Assembly: GCA_000002445.1 (NCBI GenBank)
Contig: CH464491.1
Coordinates: 3,488,001-3,552,000 of the forward strand
Direction of reading: 5' to 3'
Length of the DNA stretch: 64,000 nucleotides
From: Trypanosoma brucei
Taxonomy: Eukaryota
Shown here one piece after another: positions 1 to 11,735 of this stretch. The position numbers and the translations under genes are program-made. Positions within the stretch are counted from its first letter, which is position 1; each line of letters starts with the position of its first letter. The notes beneath the pieces are model-generated. The model was not told the origin of the DNA and made no database searches. It saw only the letters and a program-made list of their open reading frames with translations.

Positions 1-1757
1 CCCACTCCGTGAAACACGGAAGCCCGATTACTTCTCTTTTTTGTTTCCCCTTTCTCTTAAGGTGAAGTGTGGGCCTGAAACATGAAGCCAACAGGCCAAG
101 TTATTTCAGGGTGGACGCTAAGATGCGTATGGCTCCTTTGCTCGCGATGTCACACCCCTCCTTCCCTTCGCACAACTCCGTGAAAAAAAAAAAACAAAAC
201 AGAAAAAAAAACGAACATCAACCTCGACAAAAGAACAACAACCTTAATACGCGGGTATTGTTCCTTCATCCCTTTTTCCTTTTCTACATCTTCACTCAGT
301 CGACAAGAATCAACATCACGGTCTTTTTCCTTTCCTTTCCTTCCCCTCCCTTCCATTTTAGTTTTTTTTTTTACTATATCTTTGTGTCTCCTTTCCTTCG
401 TTGTAATTATCGTTACACCTGAATATTTTCTTCTTTTTCTTTTTCGCTCAGGTGCGGTTAAGCACAGCACCAACGGGAAGAAGGTGGAGGCGGAGGGGAA
501 GAGGAAGGGGGAAAAGGGGGGTATACAGAATAAGAAAAAAAAAAGAAAGCTGAAAAATGTTGACAACTCCTGCCGTCGCGGTCTAAAAACGAAAAAAAAG
601 AAAACGTAGACAAAAAAGTACAAAGAAAATGAAATGAAAGGAAAGAAAAAAAAAACAAACAAACAAGAGTGAAGAGAACATTAGTGACGGCGGGTTGAAT
701 GACAGACGCGAACGTGAAGAAAGTGTTGAAGAGTGAAAAAGAAAATGAAGGGGGAAAAACAGGAAAGGGGAAGCAAAAACAATAATATACGATAAGGCGT
801 GGTGCTGCGGAAACAAATGAACGAACTGAAGGCAGACACCTCCGTCTTAACTCAAGTTTTTGTCTAGTATTCAATGCGAGGGGCTTATCTAAAATTTTAA
901 AAAGCCTTTACGTTTCGTTTTCGCAGTCCCCTTCCTTTCCTGCGTACGATCATCACCTTTATTTCTCATCCATCTTTTTTTTTGTTTTGCAATCACCTTT
1001 TTCTCTTTCGTACCGTTTTATACGCCCCAGCCTTCATCTCCCCCTCCTCCAAACCCCACACCTTCCTATCTTTATATTTCCTCCCCATATTCAATATTCC
1101 TCCCGTACTCATTATGTCGCTTCGCGTAGTGCCGAAGAAGAACGCAAAAACGCCTCAGTTCCTTTTCCTCTTGTTCCTCTAAAAAGCACCTGTAGTAGGC
1201 GAGCACACGCAAGCATAAACATACACTTATACGTACATACACGGTCACGTGCATATATGCAATATATATATATATATATATTTATATGCGTATATGCATA
1301 TAACGATGCAAAAAAGGAATAATTCAGCTCGTTCACCGTGTTGACGGGAGGGGGCGTTGCCGTGAGCCCTTCTTTTTTCTTGTGATGCACACATTTTGGT
1401 TTTTCTCTTTTCCTTTTCATTTCATCCGTTTATTAATTCCTTCATCTCCCCTCTTTTCATTCCAACACTTCCCTCCCCTTTGATTTGTCTCTCCCTGTTA
1501 CCATTACGCGAAACCTCAGCCGACTCTTCTCGCTCCTTTCCCCCCTTTCACTAGCACAAATTCGGTAGAAACATCAAACTTCTCTAAATTGGAACACGAT
1601 GAGGTAGGGGACAGTAATAAATGAAAGAAAATAAAAGGTAGGAGGAAATAAGAATAAAAAGAAAACAACAATAACAACGACGTTTGTCCCTAATTTGCTT
1701 CCTTTCTGTTCTTTTTTCCCCCCCTCTTTTCCTTTTCTGAAAGCACACTCACTGCCA

Positions 1758-2408
1758 CTAGTAGGCAAACCACCACCAGCAAAACAACGTTGCGGCTCCT
1801 CCAATAATCCACATGAGACTATTACCACCGCCCGCCTGCTTCTGGCCAGCCAGTGACGCCTTCACTTGACCCGGGACTTCTTCACGCTTCCTACTGTTCA
1901 GCACCGCAGAAATAACGTTCTTCCCCTTGCTCCCGCGGCCAGTGCCATTCCCATCGTCCCTCAGTCTAACCTCACCCCATTTACCATTGACAGCAGTCAA
2001 ATCAACTGTGCAGCGCACTGTCTTGGAGTGCACCAGGCGGCGGTCCTGCTGCTTCTTCTCTTTGATGAGGGCCGGGACGTTTGTGCACCGCGGCTCAATG
2101 CAGTCTTCCGGTTCTTGCAAACAATACTCGAGGCGGAAATCGTCAGTAGCGTTTACATCTGACACGTCCTCGCCCCTTGCTGTGGTGGGACTGAGTGTGA
2201 TGAGGACTGAGGCCGAGGCACTGGGCTCAATGACGCCCTTCGTTGGCTTGACGAGGTAACGCTCTGGAGTTGTGGTGAGCATGCGGAACAGAACTTTCTC
2301 GAAGGAGATATTTGTTATTTGAACCAAGCACTCCTCTTTCCTCTTTGCCGTCATGTGAAGCCTGTCGGGCGTCACTATAACAGACGGTGCCGCCGTTTTA
2401 CTTCTCAT
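1758..2408 (-). CDS. VAP-like protein: N-terminal MSP (major sperm protein) domain with a C-terminal transmembrane anchor (VAMP-associated protein family)
   Basis: 216-aa ORF. The N-terminal region reads '...EECLVQITNISFEKVLFRMLTTTPERYLVKPTKGVIEPSASASVLITL...', matching the MSP-domain pattern (F.V.N...P..Y.V.P..G.I.P......V.L). The last ~20 aa, 'LMWIIGGAATLFCWWWFAY', form a hydrophobic tail anchor. Coding-like composition on the minus strand. Confidence 0.6.
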   Translation of the reverse strand: MRSKTAAPSVIVTPDRLHMTAKRKEECLVQITNISFEKVLFRMLTTTPERYLVKPTKGVIEPSASASVLITLSPTTARGEDVSDVNATDDFRLEYCLQEPEDCIEPRCTNVPALIKEKKQQDRRLVHSKTVRCTVDLTAVNGKWGEVRLRDDGNGTGRGSKGKNVISAVLNSRKREEVPGQVKASLAGQKQAGGGNSLMWIIGGAATLFCWWWFAY

Positions 2409-2986
2409 TTTCTCGTTTATCTTACAATTTTCTGCGTTGGTTGCTTTCAGAGTATATTTGTGCAGGTACCTGTGGAAATAGGTGACCTTCTGCTCACTTA
2501 ACTTCTTTTTTTCTTTTCGCTTATTTTATGCTCTCCGTCCACCACGTCGGAAAAGGATGTGTATTTATTCGAATTGATGTCGCTACAAGTATCCTACTCC
2601 GGAAAAATTGTTTATCGAGGCAACAGTGCAGCAATGAAGAACAGAGGGGGATATATATATTTACATGCATAAGGGAGGTTGAAGCGAGTAAGGTCCGTGT
2701 GCAAGGGGGACCATAAGTTCTTAAAGTGCAGTTAATATATTATCTGTTCCCTTTTCTCATGCACCAACATTACACCATTAATGGGCACCGTGAAGAAATG
2801 CGCCGATGACACTGTATGTACAAGCGGTGATGGCGGGATGGTCAGGGGCTGAGATTACACAATCATGTTGACGACAGTCTTGCACAAAAAACACAAGCTT
2901 GTTCCTCTCTTTTCATCATCTCAAGACAATTCATCCATTTTGCTTCCTTACGTGCTCGCAATCCTTTCCACACGGCTGACCACCCC

Positions 2987-3730
2987 TCAAAACCACACTA
3001 CCGGGCCGAGTCCCGTTCCCACAAAACTGCCGTACACCTCCATCGGCCACTTCTCCACCTGTGGTTCCCTTCCCGAGTCTTTGAGACCACCAGTTGCACT
3101 GCGGGTGCCGTCAGCATTACCCATCGCATTGGAAGTCGAGCCTCTCGCCCCTTCTGCGCGATGCAGGTCCACAGGATCCCGCACAATAACGCGATCCACA
3201 CGTACAACCACTTCATCACCCTTCTCGTAGGGATTAACTGCATCCTCATCGGTGCCATCATCAACGCGAAGCATCCAACATTGATTCCCCTCGTCAAAGA
3301 AGGACGGTGCAATGAGCTGGTCACCCGGCACAAAGAACACGAACTGAAAAAAATCCAAAGAAAGAAATATACCTTCACGTGTCTGCGCGCCAATCGTTGC
3401 CCGCACACGGGCCCCTGGTGTAGGCGAGAAAACACACACACGGAACTGCACCGTAAACCAAGCAGACGCGGAGGAACCGCGCACGATACCGGATGTATAG
3501 TGCGCCACCTCATGGATAGCCACACATAAGCCAAGGGAGGGGACAATTCTCCCCACATACCGCTCCGTCAGCCGGTGCATCAGAATATCATCAACCGTGC
3601 ACTGATAAGCCTGTGCGTCAGGGGACCCCTCTCCGGTGGTATTGCGCTGTCTTTTGACTTCCCCATCGGGTAAATACACTGGCTCCACCTCTACTACATC
3701 TCGCATCGCGTAACTGTGGAAAAGGCTCAT
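2987..3730 (-). CDS. RNA polymerase III subunit RPC25-like (Rpb7/E-family subunit with N-terminal domain plus S1-like fold)
   Basis: 247-aa ORF. The segment 'IVPSLGLCVAIHEV...FRVCVFSPTPGARVRATIG...GIFLSLDFFQFVFFVPGDQLIAPSFFDEGNQCWML' closely parallels yeast RPC25 'IIPNVGLCITIYDL...FRAVVFKPFLGEIVTGWIS...GIKVSLLGIFDDIFIPQNMLFEG...ESAWIW'. The C-terminal 'TGLGPVVWF' resembles the RPC25 C-terminal 'DGMGLVSWWE'. Assignment is from my memory of the family and was not searched. Confidence 0.55.
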   Translation of the reverse strand: MSLFHSYAMRDVVEVEPVYLPDGEVKRQRNTTGEGSPDAQAYQCTVDDILMHRLTERYVGRIVPSLGLCVAIHEVAHYTSGIVRGSSASAWFTVQFRVCVFSPTPGARVRATIGAQTREGIFLSLDFFQFVFFVPGDQLIAPSFFDEGNQCWMLRVDDGTDEDAVNPYEKGDEVVVRVDRVIVRDPVDLHRAEGARGSTSNAMGNADGTRSATGGLKDSGREPQVEKWPMEVYGSFVGTGLGPVVWF

Positions 3731-5159
3731 TCCAACTCCTTCTGCACCTTACACGCTTTTACTTATACAAGTAATCACTCTGCTTCGTATTCGTCCGTTC
3801 CCTTTCTCCGTTTCGCTTTGTTCCTCCCGCTTCCCGCTCCTACAAGTAGATATGTGCACAGCAGCACACATGTATGAGGGAGAACCACGGGGGCAAACAA
3901 GGCTGCTTGCGTGCGGTTACTTCTCGCTACCTTCTAACCGTTTCCGGGTTGGCACAAGAAGCTAAACACCGATGCCAACAACGGTAAACAACGGAAGAAA
4001 GAATGGGAAAAGTGTCATGTAAGTTGCTTCAGTAAGGGATGACTAAACAGCCCGAAGAGTGAGAGTCCCGCCGGGGTTATAAAACCGCCTTTTTACCCAC
4101 CTAAAACCGACAACAGAACTTCTGTCATGTAACTGCATCAAATTGAGGCGGACACGACCCTAGAGAAGGGGTGGTTATTGATTCCTTCGGTTTATTTCCC
4201 TTAAACAATCAAACAAAAATAAAAAGTTCCGTGTCATGTTATCTTTAACTTCCTTGGCGTTATTTTATTTTATTTTTTTGACCGTAAATGCACGTCCGTT
4301 TCACCCTCCAGAACAGTGTGTAGTGTTCGGAAAGAAGGGAACTAATAGAAGTAGAAAGGAGGGCGTAGTGGTGATGATGATGAGGCGGCGAATAAGAACA
4401 ATAGCCAAGTAAAAGAAAGTGTTGAGAGGCGTGGCATAATTAGTGAGAATAACATAGAGCTACACACGACTCAAAGGGAGGATACCACCGCAGCATATGT
4501 CAGACAGACCTGAGAGATGTGTGTGCGTGTGTGGGTTTGGTAAAGATGCCCTCCTTTTGGGTGATGCAGTATGTCGCGAACACCTTCATCCTTTTCCCTT
4601 TCTTTGCAACCTCCCCGATCCGTCACTCACATGTAAATATGCATATGTGGTTGGTTGCATACGCTCATTTCCTCTCTGTCTCATTTTCACACTACAAATG
4701 TCTCACCCTAACGCACCCTTTTTCTTCCCATGCCTCTTTTTCTTTACAACTTCACCGTAGCTCATATACACACATATATATGTATGTATATACATGCGGA
4801 TGTGTGAACGAATATGTTGGACGCCTTCTCTCCTGTTGGCATGGGGACAAGTCACTTCCAGAGCTCATCAGAGTTTGAAACAGTGACGAAGTGTCTCGAA
4901 GAAACACGAAAGAGGTACTTTGCTTACTCGAAGACAACCTTCATTTACCACTGGGAAAGTGTCGGGCCGTGACAGGGTCGGGCATCACCAAAAAAAATTC
5001 GAAGAAGCGGAGTTTCCCTCCACCCCGCTTCCCTCTTCTTTCTCCTCTCATAGCACCTCCCCAACGCATTCTTCCAACCTCACAGATTCATTTCTTTTAT
5101 TTTTTTGTTGCTTTTCTCACATGGCTTTCAAACTGGTGTCCCAGGAAAAAAAAAAAGGT

Positions 5160-5188
5160 GCAGAGAGAGAGAGAGAGAGAGAGAGAGC
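5160..5188. repeat. (GA)n microsatellite
   Basis: The sequence 'cagagagagagagagagagagagagagc' is directly visible. Confidence 0.9.
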
Positions 5189-5420
5189 AAAAATAAGTGT
5201 GAGGAGAAAAAGGCAGCGACGCGTGAAAAACAAACAAAAGCACAATCGCGCCTTTGGATTGGAGAAGAATACGTAGAGCTATGTTTGCGTATAAAATTCA
5301 ATGCCCCTTCCCTATTTTATTCCCTTTGCTTTCCTCCGTTCCTCCCCCCTGCTGCACAACCTCTGCCTTCTCACCCAACTAAGCTCAACTCCCGCTCACT
5401 CACGGGATTGTAATCGCACT

Positions 5421-6854
5421 TTAATTCAGTTTCACTGGCACTCCACGGCGGATGGTGCCCCACCCAATCAGACGGAAGTTCTTTTCTACCAGACGTGAAA
5501 TTGCGATCTGCTCATCCATAGTGCAGCACACCGGCGTAACTAGAGTGAGCTTCGCAATATCGGGACTCTTTGTAATGCTTACTACTGTGGCCCCCGCCGT
5601 CAGGGTGCCCACATTGATCTGAAGTGTCTCCTGCACATTCAACTTCTGCACGCGCTTCGCGTTGCGATCTCGCTGCTTACTCTGGCCAACCATCTCGGAG
5701 AATAAATAATATTGCACCTCAATCTCCGCGTACACCTGCGGCAACGAACCTTCCTCTCCAATCATATGTCCAACCATTTTGTCCTGACGCGTCAGTGTGG
5801 GGTCAAGCGTGGTCCCCACGGCGATAAGACCACCTGGTATTGCGTATTGCAGCGAGTTGTCCTCTGCCTTTAACGTTAACGCCCGGGTTCGCAGAGGTGT
5901 ACAGCTGAATGTTCCTCCCGTTTGTGTGTGCACCTGTCCTGGCCGAATCTCAACAATTTGATTCACACGAAGAACACCTTGAATCACGGTACCCCCTGCC
6001 ACACCGCCTCGCAGAGTCTCTATATCCACCTCACCCGGCTTGTTAATGTCGAAGGAGCGCACCACCGTCATCCGTGCGGGACAATTAAGCTGACGCGTGG
6101 GAAGGGGCATACGGCACAGGTACTCCAGCAAATAATCCACATTGCGCTTCAGTTGTGCGGATATGGGAATGATAGGAGCACTGAGCCCAATGGTGCTGTC
6201 AATGTAGTCGCGTATCTTATGGTACTGATCCTGTGCGTGGACTTCTCCAACAAGGTCAATTTTGTTTTGAAGGATAATCAGGTTTCGCAGCTTCATAATC
6301 TCAACTGCTTTGAGGTGCTCAAGTGTCTGCGGCTGTGGGAATGGCTCATTTGCGGCAATGAGTAGGAGCGCAGCGTCCATGATGGCGGCACCGTTAAGCA
6401 TTGTCGCCATCAGCACGTCGTGTCCTGGACAGTCAACGAAGGAGAAGTGGCGTTTCAGCGTCAGCGGGGCTCCACAGGTTGGGCAGCCAGTTTTGTCCGG
6501 CTGCGAGGAGGGGAAGGCATGATAGGCAGCGGGAACGGGGCATGAGTCACAGCGGAACACCTTTGCGTTGGCATAGCCAAGGTGAATTGTGATATTCATC
6601 ACAGCCTCGCGGTGGTACTTCTGAGTCTTGACTCCGCTGAGCGCCTTCACAACGGTTGACTTACCGTGAGCGACGTGACCGATTGTACCGATGTTAATTG
6701 TGGCCTGACGCGACATCACTTCAAAGGTCTCCACGCTCATCTTATCGAGATCCATCGCCGAGAGGTTCTGCGCAGCGAGCCCGCAGTCGCGTGTCGGGTC
6801 GCTAGAGAGCGTCGTCTCATCGATTGTAAAGTCGGCAATGTCATTCTCGCTCAT
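5421..6854 (-). CDS. EIF2G: Eukaryotic translation initiation factor 2 gamma subunit (eIF2gamma), GTP-binding
   Basis: 477-aa ORF. It carries the G1 P-loop 'GHVAHGKST', 'DCPGH' (G3), 'NKIDL' (G4), and a zinc-ribbon-like 'CDSCP...CPTCG' insert characteristic of eIF2gamma/aIF2gamma. A ~45-aa N-terminal extension is present, as is usual in trypanosomatid eIF2gamma. The start ATG at 6852-6854 was verified on the minus strand. Confidence 0.85.
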   Translation of the reverse strand: MSENDIADFTIDETTLSSDPTRDCGLAAQNLSAMDLDKMSVETFEVMSRQATINIGTIGHVAHGKSTVVKALSGVKTQKYHREAVMNITIHLGYANAKVFRCDSCPVPAAYHAFPSSQPDKTGCPTCGAPLTLKRHFSFVDCPGHDVLMATMLNGAAIMDAALLLIAANEPFPQPQTLEHLKAVEIMKLRNLIILQNKIDLVGEVHAQDQYHKIRDYIDSTIGLSAPIIPISAQLKRNVDYLLEYLCRMPLPTRQLNCPARMTVVRSFDINKPGEVDIETLRGGVAGGTVIQGVLRVNQIVEIRPGQVHTQTGGTFSCTPLRTRALTLKAEDNSLQYAIPGGLIAVGTTLDPTLTRQDKMVGHMIGEEGSLPQVYAEIEVQYYLFSEMVGQSKQRDRNAKRVQKLNVQETLQINVGTLTAGATVVSITKSPDIAKLTLVTPVCCTMDEQIAISRLVEKNFRLIGWGTIRRGVPVKLN

Positions 6855-6989
6855 CTGCGCAGTTACAGCGTGTTGTTAATTCTTAAAACTGTTATCCTTC
6901 TCCCTTACCTTATATACTTTTCTTTCTCTTTCTTTACCTTACTTTACTTTTCCCCCTTATTATTATTATTATTTGTTTGATCTTACTGA

Positions 6990-7100
6990 AGTTGTGGTGG
7001 GACGTGAAAAGGAATGAAGGAAGGAAAGGGGAGAAGTGGTAGGAAAGGTAGTGTTATACCGTGCCAAAAATGAAGAAGAAAAATAAAAAAAGACCCCAGT
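6990..7100 (-). promoter_or_regulatory. Candidate polypyrimidine tract / SL trans-splice acceptor region upstream of the eIF2gamma CDS
   Basis: On the transcribed (minus) strand this ~110-nt stretch is about 75% pyrimidine ('...tcttctccccttt ccttccttcattcctttt...'). It lies 140-250 nt upstream of the ATG at 6854 and is followed by AG dinucleotides and a purine-rich putative 5'UTR. This matches the kinetoplastid arrangement of a polyY tract, an AG acceptor, then the 5'UTR. The exact acceptor site was not determined. Confidence 0.3.
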
Positions 7101-8021
7101 AGCACCAGTCACGAAAGCACGCTTCGTGCCGTTGCTGTTCACTCTTTTCTCATGCTTGTACTTTCTTCACTTTTCGCCTATTTATCGGAGTAACGTTTAC
7201 AGTGTTTGATTTCCGTCTCCCTCTTCGTCCTCCCCGCCGTCCACTTTGCATGCTATTTTCTGTAACAAGCCAAGGACAGAAGGACGTCTGGGAGTGGTGC
7301 GCGTTCTTTCTGTTCGCTCGTTTGCCACCGTGGAGACCTCCCCATTGGAATGGTGAAAACGAAGGCAATAAATAAATTAAATAAATACAAGCAAATAAAT
7401 AAGATATAAGTTCCCCTTCTTCATCACTTCCCTCTACGTGAACAAACACGAATTATTTATAAACCCGTCTCACTCACTATTCGACCCACGCGGTGCAGAA
7501 TAAATAAAAGCACACACACAGACGGTGAACTCAAAGAGAGAAAAGTTTGCAGATGGAGCTGTGTCGCTACTATGGACACGACCTGATGCAAATAGGCAAT
7601 ACGATGTTAACGGTAATGGTTATAAAATAATCTCTAACATAGTAATAATAATGAGGACGGCAGTAGTAGTAATAACAAGTATAATAACTCCCAACGTTTA
7701 AGCAAGGCACTGAAGGTTGATAACATGAACAAATAACAAAACAAAGTAGAATATTTGGTTAATCACCCATGTCAACGACATGATGAAGATAAGTTAGCGA
7801 CTGGAATCGCGCACACACCACTGACCTGGAAAGGAAAGAAGGGAATGGAAGGGACGAGCGAGGGCGCGCCCGAGTCCGCCTAACAGCGAATAGAGGCTCA
7901 CGATGCGTTGCCCGTCATGTTAACTTTCCGACCCACTTTCCTGCTGCTCGTTTTCTCTCTCTCTCTCTCTCTCCTGTTTTTTCTTTATTTCTTTCCTCTT
8001 TACCTCTGCCATTCATATTGG

Positions 8022-9098
8022 TCACATCTTCAAGAGACGAAACATCTGGCGGACACTTATCCCGCTAGCTGGAACCTCCCCGCTTCCTGTTGTGGCATTT
8101 TCACTGGTATACCTTCCCTTACTGTTGTTGAGAATATCCACCAGTGTCCGAAGGTTGCCTTCAGCACTCTGCAACCCCGCCTCAAAGGCTCGCACAACCA
8201 TCCAGCGAATAACAACTGCCACATCCCCTGGCGCAGTTAGCTGTTCTCCTTTCTGAATTTGTGTTAAAAGCCCCTTCACGCAAGTTTCGTCGCCGGCGTT
8301 CATTCGCCGAACAGTGTCGGTAATGCGGCGCATTGTGTGAAGTTCCTTCTGCGCGTTCTCAAGTATTCGCTCCTCCGCTATACCACCTGTAACCACACAC
8401 CGCTTTAGGGAGTTAACAATATGCTCCACGGTGGGTACGAGAGCGGTAATCTCTCTGTTGAACTGCTCCACCTGTACGCTTATAGTTTTCCCTTCCGCTT
8501 CATCGCGCTGGTCGCCCATCTCTCTCCGAATCTCCTCTGTTCGCTTCTCCAGTTCCGTGCAAACGCGCTCGTACTCCTTCACAAGTCGGTTATTATCAGC
8601 AGCCAATCCGTCACACTCCCTCTTGTAGTTGATCGGCTTCCCGGTGTCGTCAGTTGCGACAACTGTGGCATCGCTAAGTTTCTCTTTCATTAGTTCCAGT
8701 TCCGCACTCCGTTCTGCGAGGGTTTCGTGAAGGCCAGAGACCTTCGCCCGCTCATCCGTAAGTTCGCGTGTAAGTTTATTTATTTCAAAGAGCATTCCCT
8801 CGTTTTCTTCTAGCAACCTCCTCGTAATATCATCCAAGTTGGGACGGGGAATGGGACTGCTCCCACCACTGCGGCTCGATAGCGATTGACTTAACTCTGT
8901 GGATTCACTTAAATTTCGCCCCAAAGGTGTGTGCCGTCTGTCACTTAGCGACATGCCGCTTTTTAAATTAGTGGTACTACCGTTATTATTGTTGCCTTCT
9001 TTACAAATAAATAAATAAGGGTGCATACTTATCCCCACGCCAGGTTGCGAGAATCGATTGAGCGTCGGCCTCACGGAGTCGCTATGGGCAGCAGCCAC
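8022..9098 (-). CDS. Hypothetical coiled-coil protein (Glu/Arg/Leu-rich heptad region in the middle of the protein)
   Basis: 358-aa ORF with coding-like composition and no recognisable catalytic motif. A long predicted alpha-helical coiled-coil stretch is present ('LLEENEGMLFEINKLTRELTDERAKVSGLHETLAERSAELELMKEKL'). The true start may be an internal Met. Confidence 0.5.
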   Translation of the reverse strand: MAAAHSDSVRPTLNRFSQPGVGISMHPYLFICKEGNNNNGSTTNLKSGMSLSDRRHTPLGRNLSESTELSQSLSSRSGGSSPIPRPNLDDITRRLLEENEGMLFEINKLTRELTDERAKVSGLHETLAERSAELELMKEKLSDATVVATDDTGKPINYKRECDGLAADNNRLVKEYERVCTELEKRTEEIRREMGDQRDEAEGKTISVQVEQFNREITALVPTVEHIVNSLKRCVVTGGIAEERILENAQKELHTMRRITDTVRRMNAGDETCVKGLLTQIQKGEQLTAPGDVAVVIRWMVVRAFEAGLQSAEGNLRTLVDILNNSKGRYTSENATTGSGEVPASGISVRQMFRLLKM

Positions 9099-9140
9099 AC
9101 TTTCCGCAGCGTATGGAGAAAAAAAACGTATGTGAATGTG

Positions 9141-9141
9141 C

Positions 9142-9176
<35 letters not shown>

Positions 9177-9186
9177 GTGTGTGTTG
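9141..9186. repeat. Compound microsatellite (CT)n-(TA)n-(TG)n
   Basis: The sequence 'cctctctctctctctctatatatatatatatatattgtgtgtgtt' is directly visible. Confidence 0.9.
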
Positions 9187-9747
9187 CCGTTGGCACGGTA
9201 AATAGAGACGGGATATGAGAAAGAGGAGCGAAGAATATATATATCAATATAGTGATTCATGCAAATATTTCGCACACACACAAATATATATATATATATA
9301 GACAATTATGCACGTAGCTAAACACATAAAAATAACCCACCGTAAGTGGCTTCGCCAAGTATAGAAGAAATGACAGGAGGGAAAAGACACTTTCCCATTC
9401 AAGCGCACAGAGAGGCATGAAAACAAATGTATACATTCATTTACCCCTAAATATATGAATGAATGAATGAACGAATAAATAAATGTATATTCTGATGTTC
9501 TTGAAGCATCTTCTCCTCATCCTGCCGTTTACCTTTTACATTTATTTACTTAAAAACAAAGAAAGGTAAGAAAAAAAAAAGGAAAATAAAATCCAACCAC
9601 CCTCATTTACATCCCCTTCTCACTTTTTCTCCCCGTCCTTTCTTTCATAATGGCACTTACCAGACATTTCTGCCCACCCCCCATCGGGAGAAATAATGAA
9701 ATGAAAAGATCACCAAAGAAAAACAAAACTCCGAAATAAATAAATAA

Positions 9748-9770
9748 ACACACACACACACACACACATA
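9748..9770. repeat. (CA)n microsatellite
   Basis: The sequence 'acacacacacacacacacacacata' is directly visible. Confidence 0.9.
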
Positions 9771-10198
9771 CGCAGAGAGGGAGACACAGACATCCGAACA
9801 GAGAGAAATATATAGGAAAAAGAAACACAACAACAACAACAAAGAAACAAAAAAAAATGCTGATAATACTGATTATGACGACGAATGCGAATGGGAGTGG
9901 CGGCTCCGCATCCCCACAGATTTCCCTCCTTTATTCACCCAATACGTAACTACCGTTGGAAAGGTAAATATAGGTAAATATATAAATAAATATAAGTGTA
10001 AATATATACATAAATATATATTCGTGTGTACGCGCGTGTGTCTGAAACCAGACAAACCAAACGGAAACACACAACATCAAAAGCAGAGTAATAATGAACT
10101 AATGCACCCGTCCACCCACACGGAGTGTTACCTTGAAGAGATGGCAATTGCGCGCAACGCACGAAACGGAACAGAAATACCCCTCCTCCCCCCTTACC

Positions 10199-10219
10199 AA
10201 TAATAATAATAATAATAAT
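10199..10219. repeat. (AAT)n microsatellite
   Basis: The sequence 'aataataataataataat' is directly visible. Confidence 0.85.
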
Positions 10220-11112
10220 GGTAGTAATAACAAACAAATTAGATACTGCCTCGAGGTTTGCTTGAATGTAAACATCAAATGACACGGAAATCAATCAAAA
10301 CGATCGGATGATATGTCAAACGTCCCTTTCTTTCATTCACTGCTTAATTTTCCCCTCCAGTTCTCTAATACAATATCTTATTTCACTTTTCCGGGAGGAG
10401 TGCGAGGTATTTCAGAGTCCAACCTTATTACTTTCTTCCCCTGTGCTCCCCTCTCTCTTTTAGCTTATTTAACTTTATTTAACACTAATACTAATATTAC
10501 AAACATTAATTTTTCTTTTTTTTAAAAAAAAATTTAAATTACCAGTGGGAGTAAATAAATATTTTCCTTTGCCCTCATATTTTCCCTAAATCAGTTTATT
10601 CATTTCTGAAATATCCGTCAACCACCCTCGGTCAACACTCCCCGAAACAAAGTTGAACAATCGGACGAAATTAATACTACAAGAAGCAACGAAAACAAAA
10701 CAAAACGAAAGCCATGCGGCAAATCTTCTGCTCGAGAAATATATTGCCACCTCAACACGCATTTTAGATATTTTTTGTATATCCAAATATTCCGCGTTTT
10801 CCTTCAATGTAGTTTTTCGTCTGCTCACCTCCTTCCACTTTTCTTTGGAGTAAATCTCCCGCTTATTTGCATTCGATTATTTATTTATTGACTCATTTTT
10901 TGTTTTGTTTGATATGTACTTTATTGTTTCTCATTCATGAGAGTGGGGAGATCTGCGGGAATGTTCTCGTCATCATCATCATCAATTTGATTTCTTTTAT
11001 TTCTTCGTTTTTTTTTCTTATCTTCTCCCTCCATTGTTCTCTTTTCTCTTTTTTCTTTTTCCCTCCCCTTTAAGCAGCAACACAAACGAAAGGTGTCCAC
11101 ACACTCTCCTAT

Positions 11113-11137
11113 CCACTCACTCACTCACTCACTCACA
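11113..11137. repeat. (CACT)n tetranucleotide repeat
   Basis: The sequence 'ccactcactcactcactcactcactcacac' is directly visible. Confidence 0.85.
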
Positions 11138-11709
11138 CGCATAAATAATTACATATGAACACACAAGCGCTTCATGAGGGTTTTCAAAAAAAAAAAAAAG
11201 AAAAAGAAAAGACACACCTTTATTTTCTGCACTCGGATTCATTTCAGTCTTTTCCCCCTTTTTTTCTTATTCATTTCTCTCTCCCCATCCCTCTTTCCTT
11301 CCATGTTGGTGTTTTTGCATTTATTGTGCATCGCTTAAATCCATTCCCTGTTTTTTTTTCTTTCTTCATTTTCATTTTTTTCTTTAAACACTTCGTTTTA
11401 TTTGTTTAAATAATTATACCTATGATATGTCGGAGGTGGTTGGGAGGGCTCTACAGCACCACCAGATGTGAAGCGAGTGAAAACAGCGGGGAAAACAAAC
11501 AAACAAAAGATAATCGGAGAGATGAGTACAACTGATGCATCGCGCAAATATTCAAAACATTCCCTCTTTTTTTTTTCTGCGCTAAGCCACCAGTGTTATG
11601 CAGCGCCAAATGCCACTAAATCAACGAGAACCGAGAGAAAAAATGAATAGAAAAATAACTAAACAATAATAATAATAATATGCATCGAGTCGAGAAATGC
11701 ACGTATGCT

Positions 11710-11735
11710 TACATACATACATACATACACACATA
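11710..11735. repeat. (ACAT)n tetranucleotide repeat
   Basis: The sequence 'acatacatacatacatacacacatat' is directly visible. Confidence 0.8.

Noticed and set aside
69-874. Several overlapping 75-170-aa ORFs in both strands at the left edge
   Set aside because: The translations are homopolymeric or low-complexity (poly-F/L/K/S), encoded by polyT/polyA/CT-rich spacer sequence. This is typical UTR or intergenic sequence downstream of the VAP-like gene.
10586-10828. 80-aa minus-strand ORF inside the 3.3-kb gap
   Set aside because: Hydrophobic and low-complexity, AT-rich codons, no motif. Most likely non-coding.
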